NCBI GenBank assembly: GCA_964016885.1
Contig: OZ024756.1
Location: 11,718,001-11,782,000 of the forward strand
DNA: 64,000 bases
Direction: 5' to 3'
Source: Eledone cirrhosa
Lineage: Eukaryota
Under the pieces are notes generated by a model. It was not told where the DNA came from. It did no database searches and saw only the letters and a list, made by a program, of their open reading frames with translations. Positions 11,697 to 25,299 of this stretch are shown here, piece after piece. Position numbers and translations under genes: made by a program. The first letter of the stretch is position 1. Every line of letters begins with the position of its first letter.

Positions 11697-13285
11697 TAAA
11701 CACACACATACATACACACACACATACATACACACATACACATACATACACACACATACATACATACATACATACATACACATAAACACACATACATACA
11801 TACACATACACACATACATACACACACACACACACATACATACAGACACACACACATATACATACACACATACATACACACACACACACACACATACATA
11901 CACACACATACACATGCAGAGACATCCACACATGGACGTGGTTGATGAAATCACCTGATATATATATTAAAACTTGCATGCACATACACACATACATATA
12001 CATACGCACGCGCGCACACACATATACATATACATACACACACATATACATACGCACACACATTGACAAATGGCAATAACAACAGCAGCAACAAATGATT
12101 ACTACTACTACTACCACCACTACTAATACTACTACTACTACTACAACCATTGCTACTACTACTACAACCATTACTACTACTATTACTGCTGCTGCTGTTG
12201 CTGCTACTACTACTACTACCATTACTACTACTACAACCATTACTACTACTATTACTACTGCTGCTGCTACTACTACTATTACCATTACTACTACTACAAC
12301 CATTACTACTACTACAACCATTACTACTACTATTACTACTGCTGCTGCTACTACTAATACTACCATTACTACTACTACAACCATTACTACTATTACTACT
12401 ACTACTAACAACAACACAATGAAATCAATAACAAACTATAATAACAACAAAAACAACAACAACACCCAACACAACAACAACTCATACAACACAACACATA
12501 CAACACAATAACAACACAACAACACATACAACACAACAACGACACAATAACATTAACACATACAACGACATCACATACAACAACACATACAACGACACAA
12601 CACACAACAACACATACCACACAACAACCACGACACATACAACAACAACAACACATATAACACAACAACAACACATACAACAACACATACAACGACACAA
12701 TAACACATACATCAACGACACAACGCACAACAACACATACCACACAACAACACATACAACACAACAACCACGACACATATAACACAACACATACAACAAC
12801 GACACAACACGCAACAACGACACAACACACAACAACACATACCACACAACAACCACATACCACACAACAACCACGACACATACAACAACAACAACACATA
12901 TAACACAACAACAACACATACAACAACACAATAACACATACATCAACGACACAACACACAACAACACATACCACACAACAACACATACAACACAACAACC
13001 ACGACACATATAACACAACACATACAACAACGACACAACACGCAACAACGACACAACACACAACAACACATACCACACAACAACCACATACCACCCAACA
13101 ACCACGACACATACAACAACAACAACACATATAGCACAACAACAACACATACAACAACGACAACACACAACAACGATACAACACAACACATACAACACAA
13201 CAACCACGACACATACAACAACAACAACAACACCACATACAACACAACAATAACACAACAACAACACACAACAACAACAACAGCA
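11390..13285. repeat. Compound low-complexity block: (CA/TACA)n, (ACT)n, (ACA)n-rich
   Basis: Directly visible. Internal ~190-bp duplications within 12600-13150. Confidence 0.9.
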
Positions 13286-13934
13286 GTGAAAGTAGTTTAT
13301 CTATTTTACACCTTTCTATTGATTGGTTTTGCTGGGAAAAATAACACTGTTTTTTGAAAGTGGAATTCTGGGAATTCCAGATATTGCCATTACACACGTG
13401 TGTAGGTGTAGGTGCCATTACACGTGTGTGTGTGTGTGTGTGTGTGTGTAAATATGTGTAGGTGTTATTACACACGTGAGCGCATGTGTGTGTGTAAATA
13501 TGTATGTGTAGGTGCTATTCTACACACGTGTGTGTATGTAAATATGTATATGTGTAGGTGCTATTCTACACGCGTGTCTGTGTGTGTAAATGTGTGTGTA
13601 GGTGCCATTACACACGCGTGTGTGTGTGTGTGTGTGTAAATATGTATGTGTAGGTGTTATTACACAGACACGTGTGTATGTGTGTAATAGCACCTACACA
13701 TACATATTTGTAAATATGGATATGTGTAGGTGCCATTACACACACACGTGTGTGTGTGTAAATATATATGTATGTGTGCCATTCAACACGTGTGTGTGTG
13801 TGTAAATATATATATATGTATCATCATCATCACCATCGTTTAACGTCTATCTTCCACGCTGGCATGGGTTTAGACGTATATGTGCCATTATACACGTGTG
13901 GGCAAAACAAATATTTATATGTATATATATATAT

Positions 13935-14252
13935 CATCATCATCATTTCATTTTACGTCCGCTTTTCCCTGCTTGCAAGGGTGGGACGGGAACTGATTCT
14001 GGCTTGATGCCCTTCCTAACACCAACCTCATTTACAGTGAGTGCTGGGGGCTTTTTTGCCGTGGCACCTCCACAACCACTTTGCAGTGGAATGATAGGGA
14101 CCCCAGTCCCTATCATCTCATTTCTACAGCTGAGTAAGCTGGAGCAATGTGAAATAAAGTGTCTTGCTAAAGGAAACAACACATCACCCGGTCTGAGATT
14201 TGAACTCACAACCTTTCAATTGCAAGGCCAATGCTCTAACCATTAAGCCATG
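13935..14252 (-). mobile_element. SINE family B (tRNA head + V/CORE-like body + Meta-like domain + RTE-type tail)
   Basis: Reverse-complement homologue of 23967-24305. Confidence 0.85.
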
Positions 14253-14278
14253 CCCCCCCTCTCCCCCCATCCCCCCCC

Positions 14279-14327
<49 letters not shown>

Positions 14328-14528
14328 GAGAAGAAAGAATACTGCGTGGTTTGCACATGGGTTACATATTATAAAAATAGCCCTTCGTCAGTGATTTCCC
14401 AACTATCATTGGTATTTCATCGCATTAAAAATCAGATACCCCAGGTTGGTGCGAGCAATAACTAAAAAAAGTTATATATATATTTATATATATATTTATA
14501 TATCTATATCTCTATATATATATCTATA

Positions 14529-14582
<54 letters not shown>

Positions 14583-14701
14583 TATACACAGAGGCAGCCA
14601 CTGTAAGTTGTGGGGTCTATTCTGTATGAAGTGTATATATATGTGTATATGTGTATGTATGTGTGTATCTATATGTATGTACATGTATGTATGTGTGTGT
14701 G

Positions 14702-14734
<33 letters not shown>

Positions 14735-15590
14735 ATGTATCTGTATATGTATATATGGGGGTATAGATGTGTATGTGTGGATATAGATATATATGATTAT
14801 ATGCATGCGTGTGGATGTGTATTTAGGTTTGCATCTATTTGCACGTAAGTATATTTTGGTTAGATATCAATATAACTGTACCTCTCTCTATATGTGGTGT
14901 GAATATATGCACTTAGTAGACTATGAAATTTATGTGTTTTAACTATGCCAACATGTACTTATCTGAGTTTGATTGTTTATGCATAAACATACTTAGTAAT
15001 ATGTTAGAGCGTATAATGTTACTGAGTGCAATTTACCACACCGTACTATATGCTGTTGGTTAAGTTGTATATTATCGCATTACTATATCACATTATCTTA
15101 TTATAATTTTCTTTTAATATACTATCTTTCCTAGCCATAACATTAATTTATATTCACCTTAAAACTCAATACAACACTAATCACCATTTATTTTGACATT
15201 CCTTTTAAATTCACTATACAAGATACATCCAACTATCAGTTTGACAATCTCCTTCCTTACTAATAGATTTTTATGCCATTTCTACTAACACCTTTCAACC
15301 ATTCCTTTCAAAGGGTCATGACCCTTTCAAAGGGTCATTAGTTCTTCAACTACCTCCAAATATGGACATGATACTAATTCTGAGTAAAATTATTATTGAA
15401 TAAAATTATTATTGCTTTTGAAAACAGCTGGTGATATGCGTGTAAGTAAATATTCTCTCTATCTGATAGTTTGTAAACTTACATAGATCAATAACTGAGT
15501 ATAGATACAATGTATTATCACCATCTAGAAACGATCGTAAAGCAGTGAAGTATATCTCTAATGACTTGATTTTTTATTCCATTGTTTTAA

Positions 15591-15683
<93 letters not shown>

Positions 15684-15688
<5 letters not shown>

Positions 15689-15765
15689 TAAACGGAATAG
15701 AAAATGCTGACAAATTTTTCACTGTGAACAATTTGTCAGCATTTTCTATTCCGTTTACCAATATA
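15684..15765. repeat. Fold-back inverted repeat (~36-bp arms) in (TA)n
   Basis: attggtaaacggaatagaaaatgctgacaaatt / aatttgtcagcattttctattccgtttaccaat. Confidence 0.9.
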
Positions 15766-15799
15766 TCATAACTTGTGTGTTACACCTCTATTCTTTTAA

Positions 15800-15878
<79 letters not shown>

Positions 15879-16069
15879 TATAATTATATAATTATATATA
15901 TATACACATGTACACAATATCTGTTTCAACACACGTTTTCAGGTAAATATTGCAAAAATAAATTTCAAATATGTGTTTGAGAGGCAATTTATAATATAGC
16001 AACTGTCACAGAGGTGTTGGTGTTCCATATTTGTATCAACAATTGACTTCCATACTTTTGCTGTCAATG

Positions 16070-16355
16070 TTCACAGCTATACCCCTTCCCCATCTCACAA
16101 CTGCTATATCCCCTCCCCATCTCACAACTACTATACCTACTCCCCATCTCACAACTGCTATACCCCCTCCCATCTCATAACTGCTATACCCCCCTCCCAT
16201 CTCACAACTGCTATACCCCCCTCCCCCATCTCACAACTGCTATATCCCCCTCCCCCATCTCACAACTGCTATATCCCCCTCCCATCTCACAACTGCTATA
16301 CCCCCCTCCCATCTCACAACTACTCTACCGCCCTCTCCATCTCACAACTGCTATA
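16070..16355. repeat. Minisatellite, ~30 bp C-rich unit
   Basis: Unit ccatctcacaactgctata(c)n. About 9 copies. Confidence 0.9.
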
Positions 16356-17020
16356 TCTGATATTCATTGCTATAGATTTTATTTTATTTACCTTCTCTTT
16401 AGTTTTGTTCCTTTTCTTCTTTTCTCTAGTTTTCTTTTCCTTCTTTTCTCTTTAGTTCTTTTTCTTTTTTCTTTTGTTTTCTTCTTCTTAGATTTCTTCT
16501 TTTTCTTTTTTTCTCCAGTTTTCCTCTTTTTCTTGTTATTTTTTTCTTCTTTTTCTCTTTAGTTTTCTTCTTTTTCTTAGTTTTCGTTTACTCTCCTCAG
16601 TTTTCTTTTTCTCCTTAGTTCAAATGATTCAACTAAATTCAGATAAACAGTACTTATTCGCCCTGGGGAGAGTGAGAGGAGGGTGACCCCCCCCCCCCCC
16701 CCCCCCCAAAAAAAAAGGGATCCTGACAGAAATGTATCCCAGAATGTAGAAAGGTCAAAAACTGAATTGTGAGGTATTCTGCTAGGCTAGAAATGTACCA
16801 TATTTATCAACTCTATTTGGAATAGAGATACATAAGACATTATTTAAATTTGGTTCTTATTTTCTTTTATATTTAACCCTTTTGATAGGAAACAACCTGA
16901 AACTATCTTTGGTTTATTTCTATAAAACTATTTATTTTAAAATGTCTATTTTTATCTAAAGAACATCCATCATAATTTTTATGTAAGAGCCTTTATATTA
17001 TACTCCAAACACTTGGCGAC

Positions 17021-17249
17021 TTAACCCTTTAGCATTTAAACCGGCTGGATCTTGCCATAATTCTCTCACCTCTTTCTCTTCAAACCAGCCATAACCTGCC
17101 ACTCATACTGATTTTAAGGTATTGTTCTCAAAATAAATAATATCAAAATCTCATAGATTCAATATTATGTGAGATAATTATGTGAGGTAAAGCCTTTACC
17201 GCGAAAATATAATAGACTATATAGAGTAATGTAAATGGTAAAGTGTTAG
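17021..17249 (+). mobile_element. piggyBac-like MITE (~227 bp)
   Basis: TTAA-CCCTTTAGCATT start. Homologous to 19153-19379. Confidence 0.75.
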
Positions 17250-17409
17250 TAACAAAGTAATGTTTTTCGGCAGGGGCATATTTTAAATTGCACTTGTCTT
17301 CATCAGATCTGGTTGTCAACCATTTTTATCGATGATTTGTCCTAGGTATTTTATTCTAGGCAAGAAAAATTTGCACTTCTCATCTCTGAATTTGAACCCA
17401 TACCCCCTT

Positions 17410-17905
17410 CATCATAATCATCATCATTTTACACCGGCTTTTCCCTGCTTGCAAAGGTCGGATGGGTCCTATTCAGCACAACATCTCTCCACTTGTCACG
17501 GTCCTTCGTCATCTCCCCCTTGAGTTTCAGCTATCTGAGGTCTGTTCTCACCACCTCCGCCCATGTTTTTCGTGGTATTCCTCTACTGCGTCTTCCTTCT
17601 ATTAGGATTTCTTGGCACTTCTTTACCTAGCGGTCATCCTTCATGTGCATCACATGTCCAAACCATCGCAGTCTTCTCTCCTGCACACTATAGCCTATCC
17701 CGCTTATACACAGTTTCTCAACTCATCTATGCCTGGTCGTTCACGTATATTGACATTACACATCTAATGGAGCATGCTTGCTTCATTTCTCTCCAGCCGT
17801 TGCATATCCTCTGCAGTTGCTGCCCATGTCTCACTACCATGCAGCATCGTGCATCTCACACAAGCATCATATAACCGGCCTTTCGTACGCAGGGAGAAAC
17901 TCTTG
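17410..17905 (-). mobile_element. Older RTE LINE 3' fragment
   Basis: FSLRTKGRLYDACVRCTMLHGSETW..MQRLERNEASML, with a tail resembling SINE B. Confidence 0.8.
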
Positions 17906-19695
17906 TTTTCAAAAACACACTTGACATGTTCGACATGCTGCCCATATTTACAAAACATATTTATGGCTAAATCCCATAAATCGAACAGTTCCATCCAGTC
18001 AGTACCGAAAACAATTTGTTGTATTTCTTAATACATAAGCTTTAGCTTTTACAGTCTTGCCACGAATTGTAACTATTTCACCTTTAAAAAATAATTTCTT
18101 CCTCAAAACGCCATGTACAATCTTCAAGGTTTTATTCAATAGGTTTCCCGGTTGCTTTCCATATATCTTCATTGATTATAGTAATGTCGCTACCTGTCTC
18201 TATTTGCAATTTAACATTCATGTTGTTAATTTTTACATACACAAATTTCCTTTGTTTCCAGTTAATTTTTTTCCACCGATAACCTGTTTACATAATTTTC
18301 CCTGTTTGACCTTTTCCTTGGTTTTATTTTACGGTGTGATTCTTTATATCCTATTCTCCCACACTTGTAGCACTTTAAGTTCTTAAAAGGACAATTGTAT
18401 CTGAAGTGTAAACCTCCACATACGAAAAAATGAATTAATTTTTTGTTTTTCGACTGTAAATGAAAGCAGTCTCTCTCTCGATTGTTTCCGTATCGTGTCT
18501 CAGATTTAGAATTCTCTGACATTCCTCAGAAATTTCCTGTAATGTTAAGTTCTGGTTCTGCACTAATTTTGTCAGAATCCTGGTACAAATTTCCACATCT
18601 TTCTTTACAGTTAACCCTTGCTTGAAAATTAAGCATTTAAACATGTCTGGGATTAGTTTGTTAAGATCAAATCTTTTGCATTCCTTGTTAACAATCCCAG
18701 CATACATGACAACATCTTCGTCCTCTTCTTTTGCCAGATTCATACACTTCCAACTGGTGTTAAAGAACTTTTCTTGCTAAAATGTTTTGACAGGATATTT
18801 ACTGTTTCCTCAAAACAGATCCCACCTGGTTTCTTCTGTAGTATATTGCTGCAGTATTTTTCATGTTCGACTGGTGCCAACTTCCTCAACAGATGTCGTG
18901 TTTTTTTCTCGTCTTTCCATTTGCTGCATTCTTCTCAGAAGATTTCCTCATGTCTTCTAAAGTAAGAGGAGAAGGTAATGCCCTCATCTGGGTTATTTGT
19001 GGATTCTCTTACCGAGTTCGCCACAGCGGCCGGGGTGGAACAAACTTGACGTATTTTCTGTTTTCTTCAGTATTAATTCTATTAACTGTTGTTGTTGTTG
19101 CTGTTGCTGCTGCTGCTGCAACTGTACCACTTGAGCTAGTATATCTTCCATATTAACCCTTTAGCATTCAAACCGGCCATATCCGGCCAGAAAGTCTCAC
19201 CTCTTTCTGTTCAAATCAGCTGTAACTGGCCACTCATACTGATGTTAAGATATTATTCTAAAGGTAAATAACATCAACATTTCATAGATTCGATATTATA
19301 TGAGATAATTATGTAAGATAAAGTGTTTACTACCAAATACAATAGTCTATATAGAGTAATGTGAATGCTGAAGGGTTAAGGATATTATTTTTACTTGTTT
19401 TCACAAATAAAACAAAAATCAGTCCAGCGTAAACTTTGAATAACTCGTTACCATTGTTATAATGTGTGACACCTGGGGTGTATATCTGTACTAAACGAGG
19501 GTGAAACCCAAGGTATTTACCAGGTGTATTTCTAAACTACCAACAAGAGACTACAACAAGACTCCGCACACACCGTTCCTGTGATAGTTCACTTCCATTC
19601 TTGTTTATAGAGTTTAGCCTAGTCTACTTTTAGTTACGCTGGGGTGTTCAGGGTTTTTTCCCCCACAACAGATACCAGCTGCTCGTCATTCTACA
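17905..19695 (-). mobile_element. Decayed Ty3/Gypsy LTR retrotransposon (putative 5' LTR, PBS, gag, protease remnant)
   Basis: Gag-like DMFKCLIFKQGL; zinc knuckles CGGLHFRYNC and CYKCGRIG; FGTDWMELFDLWD protease end. PBS-like TGGTAACGAG (19444-19453) follows ..ATAACA. Putative LTR 19455-19695. Confidence 0.75.
19153..19379 (+). mobile_element. piggyBac-like MITE inserted into the Gypsy element
   Basis: TTAA|CCCTTTAGCATTCA...TGAATGCTGAAGGG|TTAA: terminal inverted repeats (TIRs) plus TTAA TSD. Confidence 0.85.
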
Positions 19696-19855
19696 ATGGC
19701 AAGCTGTTTATTTCAAAGTGTTTATATTTATGATATTTGTATGTAAGGAACCTTTACTATATTCCAAATACCATCTTAATAATGAGAAAGTTAGTTTTAT
19801 TACTAAACCTCTCCAAATACTTGTTTATCTTCTGCAGTATCTTGTTCGAAATATA

Positions 19856-21755
19856 TTAACCTTTTAATGTTCAAACCGGCCAAAACCGGCCAGAATTCTC
19901 TACCTTTTTCTGTTGAAACTGGCTGTAACTGGTCACTCAAACTTATGTTGTATTGTTCTCAAAATAAATACTTTCAAAATCTCATAGATTCGATATTATG
20001 TGAGATATTGTGTGAGGTAAAGCTTTTACTGTGAAAATAGTATATATAGAGTAATGTAAATGTAATGTGAGATATTATGTGAGGTAAAGCCTTTACTGTG
20101 AAAATACAATAGTATATATAGAGTAATGTAAATGTTATGTGAGATATTATGTGAGGTAAAGCCTTTACCATGAAAATACAATAGTATATATAGAGTAATG
20201 TGAATGTTATGTGAGATATTATGTGAGGTAAAGCCTTTACTGTGAAAATACAATAGTATATATAGAGAAATGTAATGTGAGATATTATGTGAGGTAAAGC
20301 CTTTACTGTGAAAATACAATAGTATATATAGAGTAATGTAAATGTTATGTGAGATATTATGTGAGGTAAAGCCTTTACTGTGAAAATACAATAGTATCAT
20401 CATCATCATTATCATCATCATCAACGTTTAACGTCCGTGTTCCACGCTTGCATGGGTTTGGACGGGGGTAGTCCCACTTGAGGCAAGAGTGATTGTCTTG
20501 CTCGCATAGGACTGTCTGGCAGGTTTTCTACAGTTGGATGCCTTTCCTAACACCAACTGTCTTCACGCTAAAATGAAACCTCTGCGCAATTGAAAGAGCT
20601 AGTATTTTGTGGGCACTTGCTGCTACTTATTGCACGAGAGCACTGGCCACATGTAAAATCTATGTTCTTAGTTAGCTTACCTGTGATCCCACTACATCTT
20701 TTATGTACCCATACTTTGCATTTAGGACATAAAATGGAGTTTCTACCTACGCCTTTCCTACACACCGAGCACGACCATTTCCCAGAAGGGACCGCCGCCT
20801 TATTTTCTTTCCTACAAACTAGAACTTTAGTCTTAGCCAGGTTAATTTTAAGTCCTTTTGATTCTAGGCCGTGCTTACATGTTTGGAATTTCTTCTCTAG
20901 CTCGGCCATTGATTCCGCTATGAGTGTCAGGTCATCTGCGTATAGGAGTTCCCATGGGCAGCCGGTCTTGAACTCCTCTGTTATAGCCTGAAGGGCAATA
21001 ATAAATAGTAGGGGGCTGAGAACAGAGCCCTGATGGACGCCAACTTTTACGCTAAACTCTTCACTATATTCGTTGTTAATTCTAACCTTGCTGACTGTTT
21101 CTTTATACATGGCTTGTATAGCTCTCACAAGCCATTCATCAACGCCTAGTTTTCTAAGAGCCCACCAGATAATGGAGCGGGGGACTCTGTCGAAGGCTTT
21201 CTCCAAGTCGACAAAAGCTAAGTAGAGGGGTTTACCTTTAGCTAGGTACTTCTCCTGTAGTTGTCGTACAATGAAAAGAGCGTCTGTGGTACTTTTGCCT
21301 GACACAAACCCGAACTGCATTTCATCTAGGTCAATTCTCTCTCTGATTAGTTGTGCTATTACTTTTTCCGTGACCTTCATGACCTGGTCGATTAATTTAA
21401 TGCCTCTATAGTTACTCCTATCTAGGGCGTCTCCTTTACCCTTATAACAGTTAACGATGATGCTGCTATGCCAGTCCTTCGGAACAACCCCATTCTGTAC
21501 GACTTGGTTAACTATGCGGGTGACCATGGTGTGTCCCACCGTGCCAGATGCCTTCAGCATCTCAGCAACTATTTCCGAAGGCCCAGCCGCCTTATATAGA
21601 GTAATGTAAATGTTATGTGAGATATTATGTGAGGTAAAGCCTTTACTGTGAAAATATAATAGTATATATAGAGTAATGTGAATGTTATGTGACATAAAGC
21701 CTTTACCATGAAAATACAATAGTATATATAAAGTAATGTAAATGCTAAAGGGTTA
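19856..21755 (+). mobile_element. piggyBac-like MITE expanded by 72-bp tandem repeats and interrupted by an RTE
   Basis: Starts ttaaccttttaatg, ends atgctaaagggttaa. Internal repeats at 19995-20396 and 21594-21745. Confidence 0.8.
20397..21593 (-). mobile_element. RTE LINE (PHD-like family), 5'-truncated and internally deleted
   Basis: RT motifs NYRGIKL, QFGF, DLEKAFD, GVHQGSVLSP, LLYADD, then the Cys finger joined directly to the 3' tail. Confidence 0.92.
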
Positions 21756-21894
21756 AAGATAAAATACATTTCTCTTTGTCGTTATTAGACATGTCTAACG
21801 TATAATTGGTCTGTCTCTTCGTCTTTAAAAATTAAGTTTTCTTCTTCTGACTGTAATCATTTGTCTACCTCCCCTTAGACAGTTGTGGCACGAC

Positions 21895-23080
21895 TGCCGA
21901 CACCACCACCACCGCTGCCACACCACCACTACCACCATTACCACCACCACCACCACAACTACCACCACCACCACCACCACCACTACCACCACCACCACCA
22001 CCACCACCACCACCACCACCACCACTACTACCACCACCACCGCCACCACTACCACAACCGCCACCACAACTACTACCACAACTACCACCACTGCTGCCAC
22101 CACCAACACCACCACCACCGCCACCACCAGTGCTGCCACCACCAACACCACCAACACCACCACCAACACCACCACCACTAACACCACCACCAACACCACC
22201 ACCAACACCACCAACAACACCACCAACACCACCACCACCACCACCACAACTACCACTACCACCACCACTACCACCACTACTACCACCACCACCACCACCG
22301 CCACCACTACCACAACCGCCACCACAACTACTACCACAACTACCACCACTGCTGCCACCACCAACACCACCACCACCACCACCACTGCTGCCACCACCAC
22401 CACCACCAACACCACCACCACCACCACCACCAACACCACCACCAACACCACCACCAACACCACCACCACCACCACCCTGACATCATGTCTGTCTTAGAGC
22501 TGTCACTTGAAAACACTATTTCCCATTCCAACTCTGCTGAGTTGATTAATTCTTTCAACTTTATCAAATTAAGTTTTATAAACACTATGATCCATTTTTA
22601 CACACATACATACACACACCCATACAGAGACACATACACACACACACGCACACAGAGACACACACACACATACACAGAGACACACATACATACACAGAGA
22701 CACACACACATTCACAGAGACACACACACACATACACAGAGACACACACACATACACAGAGACACACACACAGACACATACATACACAGAGACACACACA
22801 CACACACAGAGACACGCACATACATACCCACACACATACACAGAGACACATACATACCCACACGCACACAGGGACACACACATACATACCCACACACACA
22901 CACATACACAGAGACACATACATACCCACACGCACACAGGGACACACACATACATACCCACACACAGACACACATACATACCCCCCCACACACACAGACA
23001 TACATACTCACACGCAGACACACGCACCACACACACACGCACCAGACACACGCACCACACACATACAGCCAGACACAGGC
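21895..23080. repeat. (ACC)n tract followed by (CA/CAGAGA)n tract
   Basis: Directly visible. Confidence 0.9.
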
Positions 23081-23174
23081 ACACAGGAAATCACTACCTA
23101 ACACCCATGTTGAGATACAGCAGTCTTAGAAGATTCATTAACCATCATTTTTATTGTGCAAGCCATCAATAATA

Positions 23175-23810
23175 ATAATAATTGTTTCTACTTTAGGCAC
23201 AAGGCTAGCAATTACCCAGTGTATTACTGGTACTTTATTTTATCGACCCCGTAAGGATGAAAGGCAAATTTAACATTTGAACTCAAACCGTAAAGGGACA
23301 TAACTATGCTAGAAAACATGGCGTCCAACCCTCTACTGATACTGCCAAATAATAATAATAATAATAATTGTTTCTACCTTTGGCACAAAGCCAGCTATTA
23401 CCCCAGTGTATTACTGGTACTTCATCTTATCGACCCCCCCCCCCCCCCCCCGTAAGGATGAAAGGCAAAATTAAGCTCGGCGGGATTTGAACTCAGATCA
23501 TAAAGGGCCGTAACTCTATGCTGCAAAGCATGGCGTGTGACCCTCTACCGTTACTGCCAATCCACCATAATAATAATAGTAGTAGCTGTACTTTCTAATT
23601 TCAACACTAAGCCATCAGTTTTGAGAAGAGGAACAGTAATTAAGTTCACCCCAATATTTAACTGGTACATTCATTTATTGGCCTTGAAGGAGGAAAAGTA
23701 AAGTTGACCTCAACAGGATTTGATATTGGAAATGAGAGAACTGGAGGAGACCCAGCAAAGTAGTTTGTTTTGATGCTCCAACTATTGAGCCAACACATTC
23801 TAATTGCCCA
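23175..23810 (-). mobile_element. Cluster of three SINE family A copies (third decayed)
   Basis: Copies at ~23175-23350, 23362-23570 and 23590-23810. Confidence 0.8.
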
Positions 23811-23966
23811 AATATGGAAACCAGTCGCTGCTGGAATCCAGGCAGATGAACTGAAATTAAAATCTAGAACCTCAAAAATTGCTTATGGCCAAACCACTCT
23901 GTTTAGCAGCAGCTATATATTTATTTTGAAAGTATTATCTGAAAATATTATATATATATATATATA

Positions 23967-24305
23967 TGGAGGCACATGGCTTAGTGGTTAGAGCATTGGG
24001 CTTGCAATCGAAAGGTTGTGAGTTCAATTCTCAGACCGGGTGATGTGTTGTTTCCTTGAGCAAGACACTTTATTTCACATTGCTCCAGTTTACTCAGCTG
24101 TAGAAATGAGATGATAGGGACTGGGGTCCATATCATTCCACTGCAAAGTGGTCGTGGAGGTGCCACGGCAAAAAAGCCCCCAGCACTCACTGTAAATGAG
24201 GTTGGTGTTAGGAAGGGCATCCAGCTGTAGAAATCAAGCCAAAATCAGTTCCCGTCGCACCCTTGCAAGCAGGGAAAAGTGGACGTAAAATGATGATGAT
24301 GATGA
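23967..24305 (+). mobile_element. SINE family B, full length
   Basis: A box TGGCTTAGTGG, B box GAGTTCAATTC, TCCTTGAGCAAGACACTT (V/CORE-like), GGTGTTAGGAAGGGCATCCAGCTGTAGAAA (Meta-like), tail GGACGTAAAA(TGA)n. Confidence 0.9.
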
Positions 24306-24387
24306 TATATATATATAAAAGCATGGAATATAGACATTAAATGAGGATGATATATATGTGTGTGTGTGTGTATATATATATAAATTA

Positions 24388-24444
24388 ATAAAAACAAAGA
24401 ACAAGTTCCTTATATTAAAAGGAACTTGTTCTTTGTTTTTATTT
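24388..24444. repeat. Short fold-back inverted repeat next to (TA)n
   Basis: ataaaaacaaagaacaagttcctt / aaggaacttgttctttgtttttat. Confidence 0.85.
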
Positions 24445-24699
24445 CATTGTTTTTATTAATTTATCTTGACTCTGTTTCCCTATGATTTTTATCAAAAATT
24501 TTTAAATGCATCTTCTCTTTTCATGATATTTGGATTACATTGAGTTCTTTATACGGATTGGACACTACCGTATATTTTGGTAGATTTATCTACACACACA
24601 CACACACGCATGCACACACACACACACACACGCATGCACACACACACACACGCACACACACACACACACATGCACGCGCGCGCACACACACACACTTGT

Positions 24700-24975
24700 G
24701 AAGGCGCATGGATTAGTCGATTCTCGGACCGGGTGATGCACTATGTCCTTGAGCAAGGCTCTTTATTTCACGTTGCTCCTGTTCATTCAGCTGTAGAAAT
24801 GAGTTGCGACGTCACTGGTGCCAAGCTGTATCGGCCATTGCCTTTCCCTTGGTCAACATCGGTGGCATTGAGAGGGGAGACTGTTGGTCTTCCCCAAACA
24901 ATCTTGCCCGGACTTGTGTATTAGAGGTCAACTTTTTAGGTGCAAAACCATGGTCATTTGTGACTGAAGGTGGTC
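24700..24975 (+). mobile_element. SINE related to family B (shared V/CORE-like body, different tail)
   Basis: gaccgggtgatg..gtccttgagcaaggctctttatttcacgttgctcc..cagctgtagaaatgag. Confidence 0.7.
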
Positions 24976-25092
24976 TTAATATATGTATATGTATATATAT
25001 AAATGTATATATATATATATAGATACTCTATACTATTTCCTGTCAGCATGGCTTGGCAAGATATTTAGAACGCTGGTTTGAAACCTTTATTT

Positions 25093-25129
25093 CCCTCTGA
25101 AGAAGAGATATTATCTCGAAAATTAAGGA
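25093..25129 (+). ncRNA. Minimal hammerhead ribozyme motif
   Basis: cct-CTGAAGA-a-gagat(att)atctc-GAAA-at-TA|agg. Palindromic AATT helix III. Confidence 0.55.
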
Positions 25130-25263
25130 CATTTAAATAAATCTAAGGTAAAAGACGATTTGTCAACAATATCTTTTGCAATTGCATTCTTTTTTCTATG
25201 TCCATACCTGCATTGTTTTGGCTTTATTACACATATTCACACGTTTATATATATATATATATA

Positions 25264-25296
<33 letters not shown>

Positions 25297-25299
25297 ACC

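Noticed and set aside
14370-14400. CTGACGA motif on the minus strand
   Set aside because: No downstream GAAA or closing helices.
17250-17312. Hammerhead-like CTGATGA..GAAA on the minus strand
   Set aside because: Helices I and III do not pair in register; likely chance or too decayed.
20558-20580. GT..AG filler interpreted as an intron
   Set aside because: Only 23 nt, too short for spliceosomal removal.
23967-24040. tRNA genes at SINE heads
   Set aside because: A and B boxes are present but the acceptor stem and cloverleaf are incomplete, and each is fused to a SINE body.
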